A stretch of DNA of 64,000 nt from the human T2T-CHM13v2.0 reference genome, Homo sapiens. A model generated the notes under the pieces. The model saw only the letters and a list, made by a program, of their open reading frames with translations, was not told the origin of the DNA and ran no database searches. Positions 46,466 through 58,811 of this stretch are shown here, in pieces; the first letter of the stretch is position 1; each line of letters opens with the position of its first letter. The stretch lies in assembly GCF_009914755.1 (NCBI RefSeq), contig NC_060940.1; one strand, written 5' to 3'. The translations under genes and the position numbers were made by a program.

Positions 46466-48341
46466 CCTGCAGTGTAGAAAGTTCACTATAGCTTTCATGT
46501 GAAGGATAGATTGGGAAGAAAGAGCATGGCATGACCCGTGAGGAAGCTATTGCAATAGTTCAATCCTGAGGAAAGTGAGGATGGGAACTAACTAGCAGGT
46601 GTGGAGAGAGAGAGGACCATGTGGGCAGGAGAGGCAGCGTGCAGGTGGAATCAGCAGTACTTGGAGAAAGAGTTCTTGAAAGTTGTGGAACACAGAGAGG
46701 AGTCTGGAAAGATTCCTGGGACTGTTGTGGCTGGAGGGCTTCACCTACTCTGAAGAGTTGCTCGGGAGCTCTGTTGCCTTCTCAGTTGCAGAAATGAAGG
46801 AATTAAACGTCACCTATTGAGAGTGATGATCTTGATCTTGGCTTGGTGCTTCTGGTAGCCAAGGTCTAAAAGAAGGAAAAAATAGCATTTGTAAGTCATG
46901 AATAGGTACAAACCAGGAAGCTCTGTTGCCTTAAAGAAAGAGCTTCCTTAGCAGATTCTTTATTTCATCATTTCCAGTTTGGCAGCGCCCTCATGGTTGT
47001 GGCTGGGACAGGACTGCTGGCTGCTCAGGAAATATCGAGCAAATGGGCTAATCAGCAGGCAAAGAATTGATTCCCGTGTCACATCCCTTCCCCTTAGGCC
47101 ACAAGTCTACAAAATTGCCAAGTGGCAGAGGCTTCTGAATCCCTGCCGTTGGCTCCCTGGAATTGCAGAAGCTTGTTAATATTGACTTTCATCTAATTGC
47201 TTCACTATTTAGTTGGCAGGATTGTTCTTTAAAAATTTTTTCCTAGTTACGTTATGCCCAAAGGCAATGCTAATTAACAGAAAGATCCAGGTTCTCTCAG
47301 ACTCAAACTGCATCCTCTTTTCTCCTCATTCCACTACTTGTCTGTCATGAGAATTACACAGAAGTTTCATCTCTTAAGCTTTCCATGCCTCAGTTACCTT
47401 ATCTTTAAAATGGGCATAATTAGATTAACTCTGTGACTTTCTTTATAGAGTAATTGTGAGGATTGGAGGAAGCTTTCCAGGTAAGTGTGCTACCTAGCAC
47501 TTAGGGTTTAATTAAGGGTAGCTCTAAAGAATAATCACCTCATCTGCAGGGAGATGTTGCCAAGGCCTCCCTGACCTGTTGGAGGAGTTTGAGAATCACA
47601 CTTGGTCGATGCCACCATTCTTTCACTGGCCTGTCTTACCATGGGTTTCTCATGGATGGCTGCTAAGCTTTGTGCAAAATCAGTCCAAAACTTACAATCC
47701 TGAAGCCCCAAAACTGGTGCTATTTCCTCCAACTCTGGTTCTCCCTATCAGCCTAAGTGCTCAGATGCTTTGAATGTGTATTTTGATTTTGCAACTTGAG
47801 TCTGAACTAGAGTTTCTTGTCTAAAGCTAAAGCCCCTTTCTTGGAATTTCATGTCAATTTTGTTTTGGTTCAAGCTGAAATTGCCTCCCTCTTTCCCAAA
47901 ACCACTGATTTGCTTTCCCTGATTAGAGCAACCGGAAATTTTCCCGTTTACTACCACTACTACCTTTACTACAAATATACAGTAAAGTAAATAAAAATGG
48001 TGGCTGAAGTTGAGTGCTTACTAAGTACTGGGCGCTATCCTGAGGAATTCACATAGTTAGTAGCCCTTGGTCCTCATAAAATTCCCGAGATATGTTCTAT
48101 TTCTATGCCCACCCCCACCCCCCACCTTTTACAGTTCAGAAAAATAAAGACATGAGTAATTCATTAAATCCTACATCTAGATAGACTTCCATAAACCCTC
48201 AAACAGATAGACAGCTTTTTCTAATGTTGATATTTAGGGGCCTAGTGGATTAAAGATTTTCTTAGGAAGGATAATGGAGACATTATCCTAAAACATACCT
48301 TTTACCAAAGAAAAGGCTACTATTTGCCATTAACCTTGTAG

Positions 48342-48590
48342 CAGGGCTTCTATACCTCAGTCTTATTAACATTTTGGAAGAAATAATGATCTATTCTGGG
48401 GGTAGGGGGCTGGGTAGGTGGAGGAAGGAGCATTGCATTACTCCTGTGATTTGCAGAGCATTTAGCAACATCCTCAGCCTCTACTTGTTAGATGCCAGCA
48501 GCCCTCTGCCCAAACTCTGGCAACCAAAAATGCCTCCAGGCATTGCCAGATGTGTTTTGGGGACACAGTCACCCCAGTTGAGGACTGCTG
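48342..48590. mobile_element. MER20 (hAT-Charlie)
   Basis: tttagcaacatcctcagcctctacttgttagatgccagcag...caaccaaaaatgcctccaggcattgccagatgt...ccagttgaggactgctg. Confidence 0.85.
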
Positions 48591-49085
48591 CTTTGAAGCA
48601 CAGAATAATGCTAGAAATCATCCCTCAAATGAAGTTGAACGTGGGGCAGGTTCATTTTGGCAGAACTGGAGGTCAAAGGAAAAGTCCAATAAGATTTCGT
48701 CCACGAGGCTAGGATTTCTAGTAGGTTGTGGGGCATGGATTTGAAAAGATATCACCTTAAGCCAGGTTGACTGGGGAGAAACAATACCCATAAGGGCATG
48801 AGAATCACAGGATTTGGCATAAGGAGAAGTTGAACTGCAATATAGAACAAAGATATCAAATGGTACCTGTTGTCTTGCTACCTCAGGAAGGAGAAGGGGA
48901 AGGATGCTAGGGAGAAAAGTCAACAAATCTCCACAGAGCCTCAGAAAGCTGAGTCATTTATCTCAAGGTGATACACCTTTGAAGGCAGATCCAGGTTCAA
49001 GCCCCAATCTGTCTGACTCCATGGACCTGTCTCTCTCCCCCCTCTACCTCTCCAGAAAGAAAAAGCTGCTGCAACGATTTAGTGT

Positions 49086-49296
49086 AGAGGCTGGCCAACT
49101 ATGGCCAATGGGTCAAATGTGGCCCACTGCCTGTTTTGACAAGTAGTTTCATTATAACACAGGCAAATCCATTTAGGTACATATTACTTATGACTGCCTT
49201 CCTGCTATAGCCACAGAGTTGGCTAGTAGTAACAGAGACTGCATGGCCTGAAAGGCCCACATGATTTGCAATCTGCCCCTTTACGGAAAAAGTTTG
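49086..49296. mobile_element. MER58A, interrupted near its end by an ERV-L (remainder ~50938-50952)
   Basis: ggccaactatggcc...cagagactgcatggcctgaaag...ccctttacggaaaaagtttg then, after the ERV, cccatccatg. Confidence 0.8.
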
Positions 49297-50937
49297 TGTG
49301 ATGGCTAATTTTTTTGGCATCAGCTTGAGTGGATTGGGGGATGTGCACCATTAACCATTACCCCTAGTGACCCACTAGCAAAATTTGTACTTCCTGTTCC
49401 CACAATGTTATGTTCTGCTGGCCTAGAGGTCTTAGTTCCAGAAGGAGAAATGCTTCTACTAGGAAACACTACAATGATCCCATTGAACTGGGAGTTAAGA
49501 CTGCCACGCGGCCACTTGGGGCTTCTATGCTTCTGAGTCAACAGGCTAAGAAGAGAGTGATGGTGCTGGCTGGGATGATTGATCTGGACAATCAAGGGGA
49601 AATTAAATACTGCTCCGCAATGGCAGTAAGGAAGAGTGTGTCTGGAATACAGGAGATCCGTTAGGGCATCCCTTAAAATTACCATGCCCTGTGATTAGGG
49701 TCAGTGAAAAACTACAACATCTCAATCCAGGTAGGACTACAAATGGCCCACACTCTTTAGGAATGAAGGTTTGGGTCATCCCACCAAGTAACAAGCCATG
49801 ACCAACTGAGTTGCTTATTGAGGGCAAAGGAAATACAGAATGGGTAGTTGTTGTTGTTGTTGTTGTTTTTTTAAAAAAAGTAATTATAAATGTCAGCTAC
49901 AGCCACATGACCAGTTTCAAAAATGAAGATTGTAACTGTAATGAGTATTTCCACCTATTTTGTTAAAAATACATTTGTGCATATATCACATATGTTAAGC
50001 AAATATCTTTATTTTCTTTCTTCTTTTATTCCTTTATCATGTAACATAATGTTGATTAACTTTGTATCAGCATTTAAGCATTGTTAATTTTACATTATAG
50101 CATTTAGGTTTACTGACTTTGTATCAGCACTTAAGCATTGTTAATTTTACATCATGGTACTTAAGTTATAGGATATCAGGAGAAATGTAAATGTCACTCA
50201 AGAACTTTACCTCCTCTTCTGGGAATGGGATTAGTGCAGTTTTGGTTGTACTCAGGATAGTTGTATCATCTTAAGTGGAATTATGACCTTGTTATGATCT
50301 TTATTTGGAAATTAAGTATGGCTTAAAGAGATGCATATGGCTGCCACGTTGACAAGGGGTGGGCTTATGCTGATTAATGTTTTATGTGTTGACTTGACTG
50401 GATTGAAGAGTGCCTAGATGGATGGTGAAGCATTGTTTCTGGGTGTGTCTGTGAGTGTGTTGTCAGAAGAGACTGACCTGTGAATCAGTGCACTGAGAGA
50501 GGAAGACTCGCCTTCTATGTGGGGGGGTAGCATCCAATCTCCTGGGGGCCCAGTTGGGACAACATGGCAGAAGAAGGAGGATTCTCTCTTTCTTTCTCTC
50601 TTTTTCCCACTCCCCCAGAGCAGAACACTTTTCTCCTCCTACCTTAGACATCAGACTCTAGGTTCTTCAGCTTTTGAATTCTGAGCCTGGCACTAGCCAC
50701 CTCCTGGGAGTTCTAGGGCATTTAGACTCAGACTGGGGACTGTACCATTGGCTTTCCTGGTTTTGAGGCTTCAGGGCTTGGACTGAGCCACACTATCAGC
50801 TTCTCTGCTTCTCCAACTTGTACGTGGCCTATCATGTGATTTCTTCAACTCCATGATCCCGTGATCCACTTCCCCTAATAAATCCCCTCTCATATATCTG
50901 ATTGTTTCCATCTCTCGGAAGAACCCTGACACTCACA
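49297..50937 (+). mobile_element. Internally deleted ERV-L/HERV-L provirus: 5' LTR stub (49297-~49343), dUTPase-region internal sequence (~49344-50365), MLT2B-type 3' LTR (50366-50937)
   Basis: APLTITPSDPLAKFVLPVP...IPLNWELRLPRGH / SQQAKKRVMVLAGMIDLDNQGEI; polypurine tract gacaaggggtgggct; 5-bp TSD gtttg/atttg. Confidence 0.88.
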
Positions 50938-51983
50938 ATTTGCCCATCCATGATTTAGAGAATGGATCTCTAATGATATTCTCCAGAATTGCCTGTTGGA
51001 TGGAGCCAAGGGGCAGCAAGATGTTGAGCTTGCCTCATTTCCCTCCTTCGTCCACTCCCATGTAGGATCTTGGGCCACCAGCCATATTTCTTGCTTTCTT
51101 TTCTATTCACCTAACACCAGGTTCATTTGTCTCCCCTAGAAGAAGCCTGTGGTTAAAAAGTGGAAACACTTCAGGAAGGAATACTTGCAAAACAAATTTC
51201 ATGTGTGAGTGCTCCTGAAATTTACCCATTGTACATGTCGCTATCCTTCATGGTGTTTTATCTCCTTTCAAAAGAACTGAAAAACTTAACAGCAATGGAT
51301 ATTACAACAAAACTCATCTCAGTCTTACCATTAGACTGAGAGGGTTTTATTCTTCCTGTTCTTCTGTCAGATTTTAAATGGATATAGTTTTATTCCCTTT
51401 CTCATCTAATATTGGAACCTATCAATCTGCAGCAAGATCTCATTTTAAAAGATGTTCTTATATTTCAAGAGGCCTTTTAAAGGGGGAAAAATAGATCCAC
51501 TCCACAGAAAGCTTGTTGCTGGAAACCAAATATATTTATCTCCATTGATTCAACAACTATTGACTGAGTTCTGGACCCGGATTATTGGTGCCCAGGGAGA
51601 GGGGCAGGGAGATGAGGTTCAGAGAGGAGACCTGACTTACTCAGAGTCATACAGCCAAGAGTGAGTCAGGGTGCCTATGCTTTTTCTTCCTTCTCATATG
51701 TTTATATCCAATAACCACAGATATAAATGTGATGCACAGACTTATCCATCCATTTACCCAAGCATCCATCTGCCTCCAACTTTTTAAATATAATACTTCC
51801 ATACTTTCATTTCTTCCTCTAATTCTATCCTATGTTTCTCTTTTATTGGCTTTTACCATTTTATCCTAAATATCTTGCTCTACTCAGAAGTAATAGGAGG
51901 TCCATTCCTGCACCAAGTAATAAGAGAACTCTAGGAGGTGAATCTGTAGACTGGTCCTCAAAGAAATCTTACCAGAAAGAAGC

Positions 51984-52120
51984 GTCCAGGTGTATGACTC
52001 ACATCTGCAATCCCAGCACTTTGGGAGGCTGAGATGGGAGGATTGCTTGAGATCAGGAGTTTGAGACCAGCCTGAGAAACATAGTGAGACCCTGTCTGTC
52101 TCTATGAAGAAAAATAAAAT
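51984..52120 (+). mobile_element. FLAM_C/AluJ left monomer
   Basis: Single monomer followed by an AT-rich tract. Confidence 0.85.
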
Positions 52121-52175
52121 ATATATGTATTCTTTTTTGTTTTATATATGTATGTGCATTATATATTGCTTTTTA

Positions 52176-52820
<645 letters not shown>

Positions 52821-53638
52821 CTATCATCTCATCTTCTTCTATCCTATAAAATCCAGTTCTGTGCTCATCCAAATGACTCTGGCTCTTGTTCTCAAACCTT
52901 CTCCCACCCATGCTTCTTTGCCCCTTGGAGACAGAGGCAGTCACTCATTCCCTCACATCCCACCTGTGCATCCAGAACATCTTCCTCCTCAGGGTAATCA
53001 CAGGGTAAGATTAATTATGCTAATCAGCCTCTACAGGCTGAAACAATTAACCAGAGTATGAGATAACTTCAGAAATCTATATAGGAGGTATCTACCTGCT
53101 GGGTTGAATTTCACCATTAAGCACAGTAATTAAGGGGAGGGGTGGGTGGGAAGTTTGCTCTTTTCAACTAAAGAGTACATGGTACCATTCTCCAATAGAA
53201 GCTGTATGAAGTTTTCCAGGAAGTGTTTGGCCACTTATTGTCATCTCTTGGGATCTGCTATTGAACATCTCCTTCTTGGGGCTAGGCACCAATATTGTAG
53301 CCAGTTCTCTCTTCGTGATGGAATCAAATGAGGTGTTTGTATTTTGATGCATTTTTAAATCCTTTTCTTTCCCCTATTTACTCTTCTACACCTTTAAAGT
53401 TTTTAATATTTTTATTTATTCAAAAATAAGAAAAGTTGCCTCTCAGAATAGGAGATTTGAAAAGAAAATAAGAGAAGTTATAAAAGCTTTAGATTAGACA
53501 TCCCTCACATGTGTGTTATGAAGTGTTAATTCTGAAAGTTGCTTTGGGGAATAAAAGTTTGCAATCCAAGGTAGAGAAACTCTAATTTCGGTATTCTTCT
53601 TTTGAATTTAATATCTATAGAATTTAATGTATGAGGAG

Positions 53639-53994
53639 TGTATTAGTCTGTTCTCTTGCTGCTAATGAAGACATACCCGAGACTGGGTAGTTTATGAAGG
53701 AAAGAGGTTTAATGGGCTCACAGTTCCACATGGCTGGAAAGGCCTCAGAATCATGGTGGAAGGCAAAGGAGAAGCAAAGGCACATCTTACATGGCAGCAG
53801 GCAAGAGAGCTTGTGCAGAGGAACTGCCCTTCATAAAACCAACAGATCTCATGAGACTTATTCACTACCACGAGAAGAAAATGAGGGAAACTGCTGCCGT
53901 GATTCAATTATCTCCATATGGCCCCATCCTTGGCACATGGGGATTGTTACAATTCAAGGTGATATTTGAGATGGGACACAGCCAAACCATATCA
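53639..53994 (-). mobile_element. THE1 (B/D-like) solo LTR
   Basis: tgtattagtctgttctc...gacatacccgagactggg...gacacagccaaaccatatca. Confidence 0.93.
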
Positions 53995-54096
53995 AAGAAT
54001 CATACATTAAAGGCTCTGAAAATTCTGTAACAAAGAAAACATATTAACCAAACACAGTTAATCCAATATTTTCCACATTTATTTTACTACACATTG

Positions 54097-54208
54097 AACT
54101 GTGTTAAAGTCCTTGTCTCAGAGTCTCATTTCAGGGGCAAAAAACACCGTAAATCTTAGTTTTCTTGCCCCCAAAATGAGACCTGAAGACAAGGACTTTA
54201 GCACAGTT
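54097..54208. repeat. ~50-bp-arm inverted repeat, 13-nt spacer
   Basis: 54097-54145 vs reverse complement of 54159-54208: 45 of 51 aligned columns match by hand. Confidence 0.9.
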
Positions 54209-54597
54209 AGTTTGCTGAGAGAAGATTTCAAGAAACAGAAGTGAGGAAGTGGGAAAAATGAGGCAGGATAGGAGGAAAGACAATCAAAGTGTATTAATGA
54301 AATAGTTACTGCTGTGGACAACTGGGGTTCAGTCTTGCTGGAACCCTAAAGATCCATCTAGAATGCATCACAGAATTGTCCTTCTGGAGGATAGAAAGGC
54401 TGAGGCATTTATCCACGGACTCACATATCTTATTGTTTGTTTTTCTGTGTATGTCTGAGTTGATCAGCTGATGGAGAGAAAACACAACACACCCTTAATA
54501 TGGGGCTGACAGTGCAGCATGGAACTGTCCGCCACAGCAGTCCTGAAATATGGAGGACTGAAGGGCTGTGGTGTGGTCATCACAAGTTCTTGCTACA
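54150..54597 (-). mobile_element. LTR33-like ERVL LTR
   Basis: gttactgctgtggacaactggggttcagtc...tagaatgcatcacagaattgtcc...catttatccac. Confidence 0.75.
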
Positions 54598-55667
54598 TTG
54601 TATAACATTTTTTAAATGTTTTAAAATGCTAATTTATTAACATCCAAGCAAACTTGCAGTCTATGTCCATCATTTAGGAAACACCACTCTGTTTTAAATT
54701 ATTCGAGTTTTTCTAGATCCGACTCTCTCCTTTTTCCTCATGGGAATATAAGCACTGACAAATGCTAGTCAGTAGATTAAGAGGAGATGAGTGTGTGTTC
54801 CTTCCAAGCTGAAGTGGAAAAAGTCTCTGCACAACTCTCCCTCTTTGCTTCCCCTGCAGTGACAACCTTGGAATGCATCAATTGAGGTGGCCACAGGAAG
54901 AAAGTAGATCAGATCCCTGAGCAAACATGAAAGAGAATGCCCCAGGGAGCTACCTGACCTGCAGTGGACTTTGAGCAAGAAATCAGCTTTTATGTGTCAA
55001 TCCACCAGAATTTAGGGCTTTCTCTTAATTGCAGCAAAGCCTAGCCCACCGTGAGTAACACAGCAGCCTTAGAGAACACAGCCACAGATAAGCAAAAGTC
55101 ACTGTAATCTAAGATATTCCTTACACAGAATATCAGATACAGGTCAGCTAGTGTTATAGCAAGAAAAACAAGGAGAGGACAAAGAAAGACTGACCATTGC
55201 CTGTTCTTCTTAGTGTAACTCACAGAGAATCACAAAGACAAGGGAGGAAAGGGTCAGTGAGTGACCCAAGCTCTACATGGAAGTGTCTTGTTTCTGGAGA
55301 ATGAGATGGTCTAGAGGAGCGTGTTCCATTTTATGGGAGCAGATATGAGTAAACTCTTCTTGAAAAGGAGAGCTTAGTGCTGTGTTTTCATTCCCTGTTC
55401 TGACTCTTTAAGTGGGCTCATTGATCTGGAAAACATATACTTGCTGGCCCACAGATGTGAATAATTGAAGCAATGTCACCCACCCTTGCTTATTCTAATT
55501 TGCTTTCACTACAATTTCCTATCTAAACTAGCTCTGAAATTTTGGCTCTGGCAACTCTTGTTCAAATATTTTTCTCCTCTGTCCCCTCATTTGGGGAATC
55601 CAATTAAGCATATATTTGCCTGTTTGAATTCATCCCTTCATTTAGAGCTTATTAACGCTCTGCTAAA

Positions 55668-55974
55668 TTTTTTTTTTTTTTTTTTTTTTTTTGAGACGGA
55701 GTCTTGCCCTGTCGCCCAGGCTGGAGTGCCGTGGAACAATCTCGGCTCACTCCAAGCTCCGCCTCCCAGGTTCATGCCATTGTCCTGCCTCAGCCTTCCC
55801 AGCAGCTGGGACTACAGGCACCCGCCACCAAGCCCGGTTAATTTTTTTGTATTTTTAGTAGAGATGGGGTTTCACCATGTTAGCCAGGAAGATCTTGATC
55901 TCCTGACCTCGTGATCCGCCCACCTCGGCCTCCCAAAGTGCTGGGATTACAGGCGTGAGCCACAATGCCCGGCC
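55668..55974 (-). mobile_element. AluY
   Basis: caagctccgcctcccaggttcatgccatt; TSD tctgctaaa. Confidence 0.94.
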
Positions 55975-55984
55975 TCTGCTAAAA

Positions 55985-56720
55985 TTTTTAAATGATCTTT
56001 TCTCTTTTAATTTCATTTTTGATAGTTTCTCTTGCTATGTCTTCAAGTCTTTTCTTCTGTCATGTTTAATCTCCCATTAATTCCATCTACTGTTTTTAAA
56101 ATCTCTTACATTGTAGTTTTCATCTTAAGAATGTCCATGTCTTTTTACTATTTCCCACGTATTTATTCAAAGTTTTGATATCTTGAATACAGTTATAATA
56201 ACGATTTTAATGTCCTTGCATGTTAATTCTAACATCTAGGCCAGTGCTGGATCAGTTTTGATTATTTAATTATTCTCCTCACTATGGGTCATATTTTTCT
56301 GCTTCTTTATATGCCTGTTAATTTTTGATTAGATGCCAGTCATTGTAAATTATGCCTTGTTGGATTCTGACTAACTTTCTGTCTCTGTAAGTATTCTTGA
56401 GTTTTGTTATGGGGCACAGTTAAATTACTTGGAAAAGTTTTATTCTATCAGATTTTGCTTTTAATATTTGTTAGGCAGGACTAGAACAGTGCTCAGTCTT
56501 GGGCTGATTTGGGCTATTTTCCATTACCAAGGCAAGATACTTCTCTTTAAAGTAATTACTTCACATGTCTGATAAGGTTTATTTTCTTTGTTCTTTTTGT
56601 TCCTTTTACTTTTTCTTTTCTTTCTTTCTTTCTTTTTTTTTTTTTTTTTTTTTTGAGGGGGTATGTTTCAGGTGAGAAAGTAAACCTAGTCCCTGTTAAT
56701 CCATGTTGACTGGAAGCAGA
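55985..56720 (-). mobile_element. Old L1M 5'/ORF1-region fragment
   Basis: T-rich antisense tract (ttgctatgtcttcaag...ttttgattagatgccagtcattgtaaatt...) typical of L1MC/MD 5' ends. Confidence 0.6.
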
Positions 56721-56935
56721 ACTGTGACTGATTTTAATTCTTATCAAAGTTCCCTTTGGAATTTGTGATTAAACATGCCTTCTTGGATTTGGCCCACTGA
56801 GTTGAATAATTGATTTTTCCTTTTTCTGACCTTTCCCAGAGTCCCTGAAATACCCACCCTTCCTCAGTTTCTTCTGTCACACCAACACTCTTCATTAAGC
56901 TGTCAACTGTCTAATGCAGTCTTTCTCCAGAAGAT

Positions 56936-57468
56936 ACTGCCAATTGCCTACCTAACAGTTATCCCTCCCACTTGTTTGCTAGGTAATAAAACTCTTATAT
57001 TGTTCAGGGAAGCAATTTTCCTCAGCTAAGTCTTACCTCTCTGGACTTCAGTAAATCTAGTAGTAGCCACAGGAAAGTTGTTTGTTTGTGTGTGTTCTTT
57101 TTTAAATAACACAGCTATTCTTGCATCTGATTTTTTACTGTTTGGAATTTGGATGCAATGCCTGGAGATGCAACATCATTCTTGCAACCAGAAGCACATA
57201 TATGATACATATTGTGTAATACCAGATAGTGCTATTTATATACAGTAAGAAATGAATGTGCCACTGCCTGATGCTGTGCAATGTGCAGTATATGTGGCCA
57301 TACTCAGAAGCCCTAACAAGAAGGATGAAGATGCAGGAAGATAGAAGGGCCCTGGGTGTGAGCACTAGACTGACTTCTTGCTGTGTGAGAAAAAAATACC
57401 CCTTGCCTGTTTAAATCATTTTTTTCTTGGTTTCTGTTACTTGCAGCTGAGCATAATCTTGACTTACA
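56936..57468 (+). mobile_element. MLT1I/J-like LTR
   Basis: gatgcaatgcctggagatgcaacatcattcttgcaacca...tttctgttacttgcagctgagcataatcttgacttaca. Confidence 0.7.
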
Positions 57469-57779
57469 TCCCTCTTCTTCTTTCCTCTACAGGTAACAGA
57501 ATATTGGCATGTAGCACTCCTCAAAACATAGAAAGCAGAAACAAATCAATTCTGCCTGGAGGACCTCCCCGATCTCAACACCCAGTGGTTTTGACAGAAT
57601 TGATATAGAAATAGAAGCTTCAAGGTGGGAACTTTTTATTTAATGCAAAGTAATATACGATTTAAGAAACTATATTTGTTGCATGTTATGTATGTGTCAG
57701 ATAGTGGGTTAAGAAGTGCTTTACATGAATTATACCGTTTAATCTTCAAAACTACAGTAAGATGCAGGGATTGATATAT

Positions 57780-58570
57780 TTATCCAACCAATATTTATGA
57801 ATTATTAGAACTGTTCTAGGTACTGTGGACCTAGCCATGAATTACAAGGTACTTTCTATCCATGGAGTTACAGCCTGGTGAGGGAGACCTGTAACATCAA
57901 ACAAATAAATAAAATAAAAATAGAAGACTGTGAACAAATCTCTGAAGATTATTAAATCATCTGATGTGATAAAGATAGTGACTATTTTAGAGCAGCTCAC
58001 TGGGGAAGGCCTCTCTGAGGAGGTGCCTTTTAAGGTAAGAAGTCTGAATGACAAGAATAAGACAACCATGTGAAAATCAGGGCATTTCAGGCAGGGGTTA
58101 CAGTGAGTGCAAAAGGCCTTGAATTGAAAAGATCGTGGTGAGTTGAAGGAACAGCAAAAAGGTCCTGTGTGTTTGGGGAGTGAAGATGAAAGGGGATGAA
58201 GCTGTAGGTACTGGTAGGGGGACAGTCATAAACGACTGGGTAAACCAAGCTCAGGAGTTTTATTCCATTCTAAGAGGAGTGCTGTGATTTGTTTTATATT
58301 TTACAAAATCAATCTGGCTGTTCTTTAGTGAATAAATAGATTATGGGTAGGGGAAAAGAATGAAAGTAAGAAAATGAATTAGGAAGCTTTGCAGCCATTC
58401 AGAAGATGAAAGGACTTGGCTGGGATGGAGTGATAGGAAAGATGAAGGGATGGAGATGAATTTGGACTGTGTTTTGGAGGTGGAGTTCTCAGAGCTTATT
58501 TAGGGATTGGCTTACAGGCGATGAGAAAAAGGAATCAAGGATTGATGTTAGGGTTTTGCCTAAGGAATTA
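57780..58570 (-). mobile_element. L2a fragment
   Basis: actgttctaggtactgtgga...ggaaggcctctctgaggaggtgcctttt...gagtttttattccattctaag...ggaatcaaggat. Confidence 0.75.
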
Positions 58571-58811
58571 TCCCCATGTCAAAAATGAGGAAACATATAT
58601 ATGCTTAATATATATCACATATATATGTTTCACATATATATTTATATATATATGAAACAATTATATATGAAAGAGATTATGAAGTTTGCCAAAGGTCATA
58701 CAGGTATCCCATGACTTTCATTTATTATGTATTTATTTATTCATTTGACAAATATGTGTCAGGCATAGCAGAAATAGGAGTGATCAAGACAGTAATGGTC
58801 ACTCATGGAAT

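Noticed and set aside
47449-47486. Perfect donor CAG|GTAAGT with a possible 32-nt exon in a MIR
   Set aside because: An isolated consensus 9-mer can occur by chance in 64 kb; the acceptor is modest and the length is not frame-preserving
49410-49664. Intact retroviral dUTPase gene
   Set aside because: Motifs are split over different frames, motif 3 lacks the conserved Tyr, and upstream pol is deleted
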